Source of the DNA: Takakia lepidozioides
Taxonomy: Eukaryota; Plantae; Bryophyta
Assembly (NCBI GenBank): GCA_030704615.1
Contig: CM060731.1
Span: forward strand, 15,624,001 to 15,688,000
DNA length: 64,000 bases
Reading direction: 5' to 3'
Shown: positions 14,348-27,333 of the stretch, piece by piece
Position numbering within the stretch: position 1 is the stretch's first letter
Layout of the letters: each line of letters starts with the position of its first letter
The notes under the pieces: model-generated
Databases searched by the model: none
Told to the model about the DNA's origin: nothing
Seen by the model: only the letters and a program-made list of their open reading frames with translations
Made by a program: the position numbers and the translations under genes

Positions 14348-15880
14348 CTCATTAACAATTAATTGGTCTCTAAGGCGCTGTGGGCCCCGGCTAGTATGGG
14401 CCGCTAGGCGGTTTGGGGTGGCCCCCTCGCGACCCATCACCGGTCCGGCTCCAATGAGGTAGGGTGTTGTATTTGTTTTTCATTTTCTTTTTGGCTTGTC
14501 AACATAGTGCGGATATATGTACGTGGCCTGACCCGGGTCCATTGAGGTAGGGTCCACTGGATCCCATTGCGAAGGTGGGTCCACCCTCCTATGCCCCGGT
14601 GGGGCTGACTCTAGGCTGTTATCTAGGATAATGGATCATAAAAAATTGTTGGTATTGTAGCAAATAGCTTGTAGTGTGGTGGTTGGGTGCGTTGAATGGT
14701 ATTAGCAAGGTTGTGGGTTCACCCTTGGTTGGGGTGTTGCATGTGCATTAATGATGTTTTTTTTCTTAATGAGCGAGTTTTCCTAAAAATATTCGAAGTC
14801 CCCCAGGGCGAGGTAGGCTGGGGTGGCGAGTGGATCCTACAATTGGACCTCACGAGGCGGGCTGCGGTGCGGCGAATAGACCCTACAATTGGACCCGAGT
14901 AGACCTAGACCCGCGAGTGGACCCTACCTGGACCCGCCGGGTGGTCGCGAGGTGCCCTACAATTGGACCCCACGAGGTGGGCTACGGTGCGGCGAGTGGA
15001 CCCGGACCCGCGACTAGACCCTACAATTGGAGGTTGGGTAGCGAGTGAGCATGCTCGAGTGAGCACAAGGGCATATTCTCCGAATTCCCGGAAAATTCCC
15101 AAGAAATTTCCACATCGAAATGAAATTGACGAAATTAACTATTATGCGAAACTAACACATAAAGAATAAGTAGCCCCTATACGTAATGAACATGTTACCC
15201 CATAGGTGTGGCTTTTTTTCCATAAGAGGCGGGAGAGTGTCCTTTCCCCTGCTTTAAAATAAAATAAAATAAAATAAAATCTCCCGTGGGTAATTTCGCA
15301 TTGCGAAATTCAGCCTTAGAAGCAATCACATTGTGGCTAAAAGGGTGAATATGCCACTTTTCAAGCCCCCACCCATTCCTTTTTGATGTAGGATTTTTGG
15401 ATGATGGATTTCTCAATGCAAAACCCATCGTTTGCTTAGTTTGTGCCCATATCACCAAGTATTGCTCAGTGCGAAATTCACAGCTACTTAGTTTGTGCTC
15501 ATATCACCAACTATTTCTGAATGCGAAATTCACTACCGCCACTACAGGTTTAGGGTTTTTGGCTACACTATGAAGGTTCCGCCTCGCTGAATTGACGCAA
15601 ATGTACTGTACAAATGCAGTTGTCATCTATACCCGCTTATGGTTTTATTCCGTTCTGAAAACATATAACTCCTATGACCGAGGTTTAAAAACATAAAACT
15701 CCCATGACCGTGGGTTGTGAGCATGCACACGTTGTGCTTACAAGATACCAACCCTCTACAATTGGACCCGAGTAGACCCGGGTGGTCGCAGGGCACCCCA
15801 CGGCCTTGCACGTGACCCCCAACCCCGTAGTAGTAGCGGGGCCCACCAGCGCATTAAAGACCCAATTAATCTAAAATGAG
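14348..15880. mobile_element. TIR element (~55-bp imperfect TIRs) with an internal ccctacaattggaccc tandem array and a nested MITE
   Basis: ctcattaacaattaattggtctctaaggcgctgtgggccccggctag (14348) is the inverse of ...gcggggcccaccagcgcattaaagacccaattaatctaaaatgag (15880). The array at 14830-15030 resumes at 15757. Confidence 0.65.
15030..15756 (-). mobile_element. MITE (Mutator- or hAT-like) with 8-9 bp TSD tacaattg(g)
   Basis: Ends are gaggttgggta...taccaaccctc; tacaattg(g) flanks both sides; the element interrupts the tandem array. Confidence 0.65.
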
Positions 15881-16095
15881 AGGCCAAGATATATGGGTTC
15901 ATAATGCTTCTCTTCGACCACTAGTTCCGGTTCAAATCAAATGAAAAAAACTAACAAAACCACCGGTTCTTAACCGGATCCGGCTATCTGATTATAATAG
16001 TAACCGTCGATGTTATATCCTCTTTACCGCTGCAAATCCATATATATAGAGTTCAGTATCATACAGACATAACGGGTAATGACATAGGAGACCAA

Positions 16096-16900
16096 TTGGC
16101 TCAACGTCGTGCCATTCAACCAATCACGAACCCCTCAACCAACCATATCCATCGGTCGCACACATACCCGTTTTGGCTCATATCAACCAGGGCTAGATTC
16201 CCGATCATAACACCTATACGAAATCTGCATACGTACATTCAAGATGAAACCAAACAATTCATACATGCCTCCCGCACCTACACAAATTCCTACATATCTA
16301 AATGGGTCTCGTCCCCGCATCTACTACATAGTATGTCCAATCATTTTTGGACATCCCCTACGGTTACAGATGCACAAATCAAACAAACACTGAAATTTCG
16401 ATACAATCAACGCCGTAACTTGTTCTGGCCACTATTGTACCCTAACAAACACTGCACGTTATGCTGCAATCAAAATCCCCAAATAGACATATGGCCACAC
16501 TTACTTCTCCACTGCAACCACCCCATAATTCATGGACTTCGGGTAACTATCCAAGGGGTCCGACAACTCCTCAAGATTCTCATTTCACATCCAAAATCCA
16601 TATGGTTTAACCTCATCAATGCAGGAACGTGCCAAGGTCGACCACCATACCATACTATACCCCGCGGCTTCTAGCGTGTGTATGCCCCAAAGGGAGCCCG
16701 TGCCTCTGCCCATATATTCTGCTTGTTTATGGACTTCTTGTTTGGGCAACACCGCCGACAGGACCTAACCCATCCCTCACAATACGTTCTTCCATGATCC
16801 ATATGCAGATCAACCGATTCTGTATAAACACGAAAAATATGACCTCAATAGGGGTGGTGCACGTACCCACAATATCCATAGTTTGAAATAGAACCTCAAC
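16096..16900 (+). mobile_element. Degenerate non-LTR retrotransposon ORF2 C-terminal relic (zinc-knuckle region)
   Basis: HCTLCCNQNPQIDIWPHLLLHCNHP resembles the CxxC..H..C motif at the LINE ORF2 C-terminus; broken frames; partial copy at 56963-57170. Confidence 0.45.
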
Positions 16901-17196
16901 CTACCACTCATGTACACTACGCCTCTCCTGCGAGCCTTGTACTTCAAAGCAATTTCATCACTCACATCCCTAATCTGTAGCCAGCCAGCCACTATGTGAC
17001 AGGTTCAGTGTTGATAGAGCCCATCCTTGAAAAGGGGCAGTACCGGCAAGGGATGGGCACATGGAGAATTGGAATGATGTGCAACTTGAAATCCAATAAA
17101 AAAAACTATTACAGTATGAATTTTGAGAATTATCTTAAAGGTTCAGAAACCTCAAAGCTGTAGCAAGTTTTGGGCAACATCACATAAACTTTGACC

Positions 17197-17518
17197 ACCA
17201 CCAATGGGTAGCTTCAATGGTTAGAGCTCTAAGTGCCACCAGGTTCAAATCCTGCTACGTTGTATCTTCTCCCCATTCCCTTGGGGGTGTCCCATGAGCA
17301 ATGCCATCAGCGCCTCATGGCATGGTTACTATGAAAGAGGTTACCATAATTTACACTTCCTTCCTAGAGGCGTCATTGCTTTCTTTTTTGAAAGAAGTTC
17401 TGGCTTGGAAAGAGAATCTGGCTCTGCCCAATGTTTATTCTTATAGCATGGTTATTCTTATAGCATTTCGGGGCCTCCGACCCTTGTTAAAAAAAAAAAA
17501 AGAGGGAAAAACAAAACA
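17197..17518 (+). mobile_element. tRNA-derived SINE
   Basis: A-box-like tagcttcaatgg (17209-17220), B-box ggttcaaatcc (17242-17252), poly(A) at ~17489-17501, imperfect TSD aaactt(t/c)gacc on both sides. Confidence 0.6.
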
Positions 17519-19718
17519 AAACTTCGACCTCAATGTTGCTATATAGGAATCCCATTGGAGTAAATCTTTGTGTCATTGCGTTCAATGCAAGAAGGGCTCA
17601 AGTGAATTGGCCCCCAAATGAGCACATGCTGCCAAAATTTGAGCATCACAACGGTTGGGATTCGCCGAGATATGCGAATACAAATCTGTGGAACTGGGTC
17701 CAATGTTACTAAGTAGTGTCCCCACGATATGAAATCCTGCACTGCCCTAAGACCACCTGCTCGTCCGTGTTCGAGGGCGTCAAAAGATCAGGAAGTTGTA
17801 AACTCTCAGTTGTGGGGAACGACATTTTGCTTCTTTACATACTTCCACAGCACACGTGCAGTGCGAAGACGTTCGGAAGAGACGCGTTAGAGAAGCTTCG
17901 GCCCCTCCCTTTCTCCACAACAGATATCCTACCTACACAAGTTCCACAGTCCACTATAAGTACATGTACTTGGACAGCACAGTTATGAGGGGTCGATTGG
18001 GTCAAGACTCGTGCAAGATATGTAGGTAGCTTGCTGGAGTCGCCGGCCTTTGAGAAGCTTGATTCACCGAGGAGTCTGTCAGGCGCAGACTCGCAGTGTT
18101 TTGTTTTTAGTTTAAAAAACTTGCCCGTTAGGCTGCAGCTAGCAGCCGCGCCATGGTGCTCTATTTGGTAATTTTGGAATGAAGCAGGTTGCTAAAGGGC
18201 AGTTCCTATGTTGTTCGGTAGAGCCTGCCAAACACCTAGGGACAAATATACACTAGGAGAAAGCGGCCTTGACAAAACCGTTCTCAGCCGTGTGGGGGCC
18301 ACATGCAGTCGCTATATGTTCAGGACTTTGTACACGTCTACTGCGGCTTGGTTGATTGGTGAAGACTTCGGTGTAACCTCTTAGTACTACTCACTTCTGT
18401 CTGTTTCTCTGGCGGTGAGGCATCTCTACGCCTCTACTGGCGCGTCTCCACCTCAGAATCGGGCTCTATATATCTGATACTGTGGATGCGGGAAGCTTAT
18501 GGGTTGAAAGTGAAGCTCTGAATTGATGTATCATTGACCCTCAACAGCAGCACGGCTCCTGATGCTCCCTAGAGCTTGTACTCTGAAAGAGGGTTGGTTC
18601 AGGTTTCTCCTTGTCGCAGTTGCAAGATACTTAACATGCTACATCGAAATCGCGAGATTCCTCCAACTCTGCTATCAATCTTGCACCTAAATTTTTTGAG
18701 GTTAGTTTCTCTTGGTCATGATCTGAGGCATACTGGGACTTGCAGAGTAAAGGGTGGTGGGAGGGTATATGTTGTACTCGAGATCTTCATCCTTGAGATT
18801 CATAAGCGACTGAAGGTCTTGCTAGGCCCGGGGGTCCAGGATGAGAGAAGAACTTCCGGTTTCTTTCTATGGCTTTGTATTTTAGATGGACTAGGCTCGA
18901 GGCGAGGAGAGGGATGACGACCGCGGGAGCAGCCAGTCATCCTCAAGCTAGGTTGCTCATGAATCAGAATTGACGGATATGTAGGAACACTTCACTTCAT
19001 GGAAAGAAAAATGGTGATCAGAGATTCGATAGAGGGCCTGGTCGAGACTCGACTTGAATGAGCGGGTGGGACTAGAGGGGTGCTTTTTAGGAGCTTAGGT
19101 AGAGAGGTGCCAGTTACCCACGTTCATTCTTACTCATGAATAATCTGCCACAAATATCTCAACAAAGATTGGATTTTGGTGAAGAGAAATATACAGTTTG
19201 AATTTCAATTATTCTCAAGCAGTCACAGTAGATGTCATTCTAACTCCTGAGCGATCTTCCTAGAGTTGCAACTCCGTGAACTCTTAGAGATGGGTGCAAA
19301 ATGTTTTCAAAGTCTCGGATTCGGTGTGGAGGATGAACCCACATGCGATGATGTGTGCAGAACTTATAATGGGATCATGACATACTCGAATGGTGTCACC
19401 GAATCTGAATCAAGCTAGCGAAAGTCTCATCCTCAAGACTACTGCACAACTGGGGATTTGGACCCTGACATGTATCCAGATTTCGGACGTCAGATGCGCC
19501 TACGTGAATCAAAATTTGCAGGCAGAATTAGACGAGAATTAGACGTGCGATACGGCATGCTTGTGCAGAATTCTGATTCTCGGTAGCTGGAGCTGCATCA
19601 CAAAGTGTCGGCCGGCAAATTGGTCTACAGAATGCACATATGTAGGCATTCTACTGCATAGCCAATGTACGCACGGACTTTTGAAGTCAGTAGACGCTCC
19701 TCGTCGGGGGCATTACCA

Positions 19719-22329
19719 ATGGGAAGACGTCGGCAGATTGATTTGCTCGCGGTGCTCTTACTGGCGACATGCCTGGTGTTCCCCGTACCTTGTCAGTCGT
19801 CGCCAAGCAAGATGACGTTGATCTCCACACTACAGGCAAGCTTGAATGCGACTTTGTTGTCACCTGGTGGAGTATTTGAGCTGGGATTTTACGCTGGGAT
19901 GCGGTCAAAGTCAGCCTCCACCGTTTACACGCTTGCAATCTGGTACGCCCAGACATCTCCTGTAAAGACAGTGGTGTGGATGGCAGACAGATCTATGAAC
20001 CTGAGCAGCAACGCCACTCTAACATTGTCTGAACAAGGAGAGCTTCAGGTGTACGATGGCAACTTGGCTCCGCAACTCATGTGGACTTCCAATACAACAA
20101 AAGTAAGCCGAGGATGATCCAGTTCGTATTTCGTGCCATTTGCCTGTAACCAAATGTCTGTCTGGGTTGTCTGGGGCGATTGCAAAACTAATACTGCTCA
20201 AAAAGTTTCTAGTCCCGACTGATTCTCTTAGACTATGGGTTGTGCAGTTGAATGTGAGCCAGGCCGTCATGTTGGATACGGGGAACCTTGTCCTCCTCAA
20301 CAGAAGCAACAGTATCGTGTGGCAGAGCTTTGACAGCCCCACAGACACTCTCTTGCCAGGCCAGCCGTTTGTCGCAGCCGCCAACATAACCATGTTCGCA
20401 TGGCAGAAACGCGGAGACTGGACCAAAAGTTTATACTCGTTGAACTGGACCAGTGACTACAATCTCAATGCCTCCTGGCAATCTCCTTATCCCGGCTGGT
20501 CTAACTCAGTTGGTCCCAGCTATTGGAGCTTTTCGACACCTTCCTTGTCCGCCGATTTGACATCCGAGGGTGTTTTCCAGGCAACCAATGCGACAGGAAA
20601 TGTGACTGTGATAGGAACGAGCAGCGACGTGGGGTTGAAGAGTCGTCTACGACGGGTCACATTCGATTATGATGGCAACCTGCGCATGTACAGCTGGTTT
20701 GTTGGGAACTCCACAGAGTGGAGTATTGTGTGGGAAGCGATGACCGACATCTGCACCGTGTATGGAGAATGCGGTCCTTTCGCGATCTGCATAGCCGGAG
20801 GACAGTGTGAATGTCCTACAGGGTTTCAGTTTGTTGATGCCAATGACACCACCCAAGGGTGCACACGGATCAAAGGCATTTCTCTTTGCAGCGCCGTCGA
20901 CCAGACTATGACTCTTGTGGAGTCTGTCGACTATCCCAATGGTGGTGATTACAACTACTATGGGAATGTGGACTTAAGTACCTGCATAGATCTATGCTTA
21001 AGCTCATGCTTCTGTCAAGCTTGTACAGTGACGACACCAAATTCAAATGGGAATTATAGTTGTTGGCACAAGAAGGACTTCCTCCTCGACGGTCAATACA
21101 ATGACGCACGCACCACCTACATACGAATCGCTCAGACACATCACGGCCTCTCGTCTTCGCAGAAACTTGCAATACTGGGCGCAACACTAGGTGCAACGAT
21201 CGTCTTTCTCGGAGTCTCGTTATGCATAGTTGGGTCTTTCATTGTCCGCCGAGAGATTAGAACTCGTCGTATCAGAAAGTTGGAAGAAAAATGGAAAGAG
21301 TCGCGAGGCACCATCGTAAAATTTACCTACGAAGAGATTCGACTCGCGACCAGGAACTTTGCTGAGGAAATTGGGAAAGGGGGTTCTGGATCCGTGTTCA
21401 AGGGAGAGATTGGAGACCAGGTGGTTGTTGCCGTGAAACGATTGGACAAACTGAGCCCCGAGGAAACGGAATTCGTGAATGAGGTCGACACCATAGGACG
21501 CATTCACCACGGCAATCTGGTGGACCTCCACGGCTACTGTGCTGCGGGCGACCACAGGCTGCTGGTTTACGAGTACATGGAGCGAGGCTCTCTTGACAGG
21601 GCCCTTTTCCGAGCTAATAAAAACAACGTACCCATTCTTGAATGGAGGTCTCGCTTCAAGATCGCTGTCGAGACAGCGAAGGGCCTCGCATATCTGCATG
21701 AGGACGTTAGAGGCCAACGCATTATCCACTGCGACGTCAAGCCTGAGAACATTTTGCTGGATTCCATGTTGTCCGCCAAGGTAGCAGATTTTGGGTTGGC
21801 CCGGATCATGAACAAGGACCAGACTCGCACCATGACGATGCACATCCGAGGCACTTGTGGCTACTTGGCACCGGAGTGGACTTCTGATCACATGTCCATC
21901 ACCACCAAAACCGATGTCTACAGCTATGGAATGGTGCTGCTGGAGATCATCAGCGGCAGGAAGAACTTGAAATTCAACCTCGACATTGATGCCAATGCCG
22001 CCCCCGACTGGTACTATCCGCTTTGGGCATTTTCGAAAGTTGAAAAGGGAGCCTTCCTTGAGGTTGTCGATCCATTGCTGTGCGGAATTGTCAACGCTAA
22101 GGAGGTCGAAAGAGCTGTGCTGGTGGCGTTCTGGTGTATCAACGACAAGCCTCATCTGCGGCCTTCCATGGCCAAGGTTGTGCAATTTTTGGAAGGCCAT
22201 ATCCCTGTAGAGCTTCCAGTTCCACGACCCGATTTTCTAGACGATATGGTCGTTGCTACTGAGAACTTAGACTCCACCTCATTGAAGCTCTCATCGTCCT
22301 CTTCCGAGGCCTCAGTTGCGTTTTTCTGA
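19719..22329 (+). CDS. G-type (bulb) lectin S-domain receptor-like kinase, copy 1; exons 19719-20102 and 20248-22329
   Basis: Signal peptide, B-lectin (FELGFY, LAIWY, VVWMADR, LDTGNLVL, WQSFDSPTDTLLPGQ), EGF/PAN cysteines, TM helix, kinase (VAVKRL, HCDVKPENILL, DFGLAR, APEW). Phase-0 GT-AG intron; alternative upstream ATG at 19665. Confidence 0.93.
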
Positions 22330-22967
22330 AGGCCATCCCACTCCCCGCTGACTTCTCCAAATTGGCAGATTTCGACCTGGAAAATGAGTCAGCTACTTGT
22401 ACAAAGGAATTACGGGGGTAAAGTCCAAAAATTTCGCCAAAAAGCACCAGTAGTTGAGATTTAGGAGCCTAATTTTGCAGACGTGAACCAGTTAAAACGT
22501 GCCACTTGGAATATAGCTACTTCTTCTAGCCCTGCCACCTCGTTATTCTCGCCACATGGGCACTGGATAGGATTCACATGTGGCCCGCCAGCCATTCTGT
22601 AAAAATTGGTGACTGAGAGGTTATTTTCTCCTCTCTCTATCAAGGGGCCTGATTTGTGAGCTGTCGCTCCCAGGTGTTTCCCTTTTTTATTAATTTAAAA
22701 AAAGAAAAAAAGAAGAAAAACAAACAAGAGAAAACAAACAAATTATGGTGTCTGTTGATTCCCTGCTGGCATCCGTCGAGAAGGTGGACCCCTTGTGACA
22801 CCAATTGGTGGATTGAACCCAAAACCACTGGGCTTTAGTTCCACCCAATCGGGGTGCGAGTCTATGGCCACAAGGCTATGGCAAACAATGTCTTATGAGT
22901 ACATTCTGATTTCGACTAATAATAATATACGACGCTTTCCGAAGGAAGCGTGATCATGGTGTCTTCT

Positions 22968-23690
22968 TTATAGGAGAAGGGTCTCAAGAACCATGATATT
23001 TTTATGTACATTCTCAATCTCAGAAAGCACTTTGAGATTTTTCTCTTTGTTATTATCCGCTCCCTCTAGAGCATATTGGCGTGCTTGGCTAGGGCGGTGT
23101 AATCCACGCCGGTGGAATGCCCTGGTACGGGAGGGCGGTGCAATCCACTGCCATACCTTTTTTTTTGTTGCACCGGCTTTATGCAGGGGAAGGCCCCTCG
23201 TGTCGGGCATTCCTCGATATTCGGGCATTCCCTAGGGCTCCCGGCCGGTGCCCTTATATTGAGGAATGCCCTCCACTCCGGGCCTTCCCTTATAGGTAAG
23301 GTATTTTGCCAGCATGGCAAAGACCTTAAGGGCCCGGAAGGTACAGTGCAATCTACTAACTCTAAGGGACCTAAAAATGAACTAAGAAAAATATCATGGT
23401 TCTTTACGCATCTGGTAGGGACTCCACTAGCTATGTTTTTATAGTGTAATGCCCTGAGTGGAGGGCATTCCCGGATTTTCGCATTCCCGGATTTTCGGGC
23501 ATTCCCTCGGCCGTCCAGTTGGAAAGAAACGCTGAAAGAAAAAACTCATGGTCACGGGCTTTACGCAGCGGGAGTCCCCACCCCTCGGGTATACCTTGGT
23601 ATTCGGGTCGTACGCCCTCGGGTTACGAACCCTCACAGTGCGGAACACCCTCGTGGCGGGGACTCCCCCTATATATTAACGCTGGGTTAT
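22968..23690. repeat. Repetitive element rich in GGGCATTCC/GGAATGCCC motifs; shorter version of the element at ~61520-64000
   Basis: Motif repeated in both orientations. ctggtaggg|actccactagcta here, whereas ~1.9 kb of extra sequence lies between those words in the duplicated copy. Confidence 0.55.
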
Positions 23691-24474
23691 TGGTTGTTTA
23701 CAGCTTCGAACTTGTAGTGCGAGGGCATCTCCATATAAACACATCCATATACATGTACAATTCATCCAACATTATGGATGCAATTCATCTATACTTGTCA
23801 GCACCTAATTAGATACAAAAAGTACGCGGCATTTTCCACGTTTCGGAGTGATATTGGGCTGCATCTCAATCAGCGCCGTCACGTCTCGCGAGGTTCCGTC
23901 GATCACTGTGAGTGTGGATGCAGACACGAAAGAGAGAGAGGGGGGGGAGATGCGGTCGTGCACATCGTGTGTGCTTGTGGATGGGGACTGTTCTGTTGTC
24001 GCATCACTCTAACTTGACTGCTTCACGAGTACGGGGTTGCGATGTCGTGTGGCAATGTATAGCATGTCAGTGAGTGAGTAGTGGATTGCTTAGGTCATGG
24101 TGTCCGCAGTCTTAGTGAAAGTGAGGAGAGCCGAGAGAAACCTTTCTTTCTTTCGCTGACATGATAGACCACACCAAGTTTGAACTGGTTTGGATTCGAC
24201 TGGTAATTTCACACACTGAATAGAAGCTCATGTAGACAAAGTATATGTAGGTTCAGAAGAGATTTCGAAGGGTTTATTTATAGTTTGGCTTCCTGCATGC
24301 CATGGCACACTTGAAATTCACTAGTAGACGTATGTGGTAATTACCCTAGCATTTACGATGATATTAACTTAGGGCCTCGGATCATGTTGTCCTTTACTAA
24401 TTATTCAAGAGTGGAGGATCTTATTTAGGCGTTCCTAATCTTGGTTCTAGTGGCTTGGGTGGAGGGAGGTCGAG

Positions 24475-27333
24475 ATGGAAAAGGGGAGCGCCTCCACACC
24501 GAGTACATCAAAGATATCTGTTTGGTGGGACATAGAGAATTGTCCTGTGCCTACAGAGGTTGACCCCAATGTCATAGCCCGCAACGTAAGCTTATCGCTG
24601 GCTGAGGCCAATTTGAAAGGGCATGTCTCGAATTCTGCATATGGTGACATACAGTCGCTGCCAGAAGTCATTCAAACAACACTGTCAAGCACAAGCATCG
24701 ACTTGCACCACGTCCCGACCGGTTTGTCTTTCGACTGTGTCCTCTTACATGTGTTGCCAAACATGGAACATAATTTGCTTATTGATCAGAGATGACTAAA
24801 GTTGTAATCAATTAGTCAAATGAACGTCCTATAGGGATATCCTTATGGATTCATGAACCTTAAATTCCGTATTCCTGCTCTGGTAATAAGAAAATAAAAT
24901 GGTCCAAAACCAGCAAGAGGTAAAGTATACTTGACAAGTGTCTCCTTTACTTAGCTTGAGGTCGGACTCCTGTGATAGTTCAGATTAATGAACCAGTGTC
25001 TGCTTCACTCATGAGGATGTGACCCCATAACCTCCAATGTGGTTTTGCCTGGTTTTCTATGACACCTACTGAGTGGTCCGGTACCCTAGAACGATTGGGC
25101 TGTCTGTTGGAATTATCAGTCAACATAAGGACAACACCCACAATACAGGGCATTCCACGAGTGATCCACCTGGTCGAGATGAGTCCAGGAATTGGCAGTA
25201 CTTGCATCAGACCACCTGGCCAAGGATAGGGGCTTGGAAGGTTGGCAGGATGTTGCGGCTTGTAACTTGTCCAAACAATGTTGCAGGTGGAACTTCGTAT
25301 TTTGAATCACCAATTGTGTGATCCTTATACAGGACGGACTGTGGGTGGTGCCCAGGAAAGGAGGCAGGTGGTAAGACTATGTTGGTGGACATGATACTTT
25401 GGGCACTTGACAACCCCCCTCCAGCATGTTTTCTACTCATATCAGGGGACCTGGACTTTGCAAATGCACTGCATCGGCTGCGAATGAGAACCTACAATAT
25501 TCTTCTAGCACTACCTTCTGGTAATGTGGACGTACCACCATACCTGCTTGGTATAGCATCAAGTGTGTGGTTTTGGGGTAGCCTAGCCAGTGGCAAAGTC
25601 CTCAATGCTAAGTTGTCAGCTCCATCAGATCCAAATAGTAGGGTCTCGACACCTGAAGACTCTGGTAGTACAGTCGAGTATGGGAGTTATCATTTGTAGC
25701 CTATGTACACAACTTGCAATGTAACAGGTCCTACACCCAAAGTTTGGAAGAAGAAGGCTCCCAAACCTACAGATGCAATCACAGGAAATCATTTGTCAGT
25801 AGATCAGCCAAGCTCTGAAGGCTTGCCCTTGAGCAACCTAAAGGCAACTGAAGCAAGGAAAATAGTAGCAAGCTTGCCAGTTTCTCACAAGCAACAGGTG
25901 GGGGACCAGCCCAAGAGTACACCTGAAATAGCATGAAGACTGCAACATGGTGTGCAGAGTCTAGTAAGCTTGTTCATTTGAAAGGGTCACAGAAGAATGT
26001 GAAGGAGGTCTCAGAAGATGTTGCAGTGTTTGAGCCGGTGTTTGGAGGTCCCGTTCAGCCCATTGGACATGATGAACAAGCTTAGGGCCTTGCTTCTTTA
26101 TGTCATAGAAAAAGTGCCCGGTGGGTACGACATAACACTTGTGCCGAAAGACTTCTGGCAGGCATGTGGAGCTCGTCTAGACCATAAATACCTTGGCTTC
26201 AACAATCTCCCTGACCTCATCAAACACTTCTGACACTGTACGGCTGAAGTACTCCCGGAACAGGGGTGTGATCTATCCAGCCGGGAAAAAAAGACGAGTC
26301 TTCTCCTCCTTTGATGTGTGGAGACAATCTGTTGTTGGCCAAGGCATTTGCAGGGAAATTGATGTTAGATTGCAGACTATTGTTATACATTGAGCTAACT
26401 TGCCCCGATTATAAGGATGGTTACCAACAAGCATGGCTGAAAGGGATGTTCTCTAGTCGATTCCAGTATACCTTGGACTACAAAATGGCAGGGTTTGCAA
26501 GCCTCGGGAAAATGGTGGCGGCCATGTCACATCTTGTCAGGGCTGAAGTGGCGTCCGGCGGTCATATTCTGCTAACTTACATGCTCATCTATTACCTTTG
26601 AGGAGTTTGGGTGAAGCTCTTCCTGAGGCCAGACCTTCCATCAGGACTTCAGATGGTCTTCCACCACTTGATCCAGTAGGCAGACAATCAGTTGCTGATG
26701 GGGTGCGCCTCCACTATGCAGTTGGCTGTCCAGGGGAACCAGATCCGATTGCTCACAATGCTTAAGCAAGTAATTCACCACGGAAGAGAACTAAGAAGTC
26801 TGCCTTTTCTTGGAAAACCTTGGCAGCAAACTCCAAGTCAGATGAATACTCTGAAACTGTTGAAGAGGGGCCACCATCAGAAAGCTACTTAAAAACCAAT
26901 ACCGAAGGTGTTGTGGAAGACAATTTCAAAATCTCTCCGGTAGGGGATTCGAATAATGATTTACAAGCTCAGATCGGTGGCATTTTTCAGGAAGCAGGTT
27001 CATGTGAGAATATGCGAGCCTGCAGGGTCCCTAGTAATGCTCGAGCATCAGATTTGGATAGTGACTTTCCAAACCAGGACCCTCAGCTGTGTTCCTGAAG
27101 CAGTATCACAGATTCTTGGTACTCTGGAAGCTATTTCAGATACTGGCTCAGATTCTGGGATTCCTGTTAAGCAGAGAAAGGATTTTAAGAGTGATGTGGA
27201 AGCTGTGGTCCTTGGTGTTGGTCTCCAAGCAGATTCAAAAGCCTACTTGCGAAGTAGGGTTCTTGGAGGTATCATTATCGTCAGCATCTGTACAGTGGCA
27301 TCATGGAGGAAATTCAGGAGGCAAACTGGGTAA
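24475..27333 (+). pseudogene. NYN-domain / LOTUS (OST-HTH) MARF1/limkain-like endoribonuclease, disrupted
   Basis: ISVWWDIENCPVP, SAYGD, IDLHHVP|GKEAGGKTMLVDMILWALDNPPPACFLLISGDLDFANALHRLR (NYN). Two LOTUS-like segments (KDFWQACGARLDHKYLGFNNLPDLI; FSSRFQYTLDYKMAGFASLGKMV). In-frame stops (25697, 25934) and frameshifts. Confidence 0.78.

Noticed and set aside
17206-17260. tRNA gene (also ~11510-11565)
   Set aside because: A and B boxes are present but no cloverleaf can be folded; better explained as SINE heads.
21220-22200. 326-aa minus-strand ORF (and 59884-60870)
   Set aside because: Antisense shadow of the kinase domain.
25697-25936. Stops in the NYN gene repaired by U-to-C RNA editing
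   Set aside because: Such editing is organellar, and the gene also has frameshifts.
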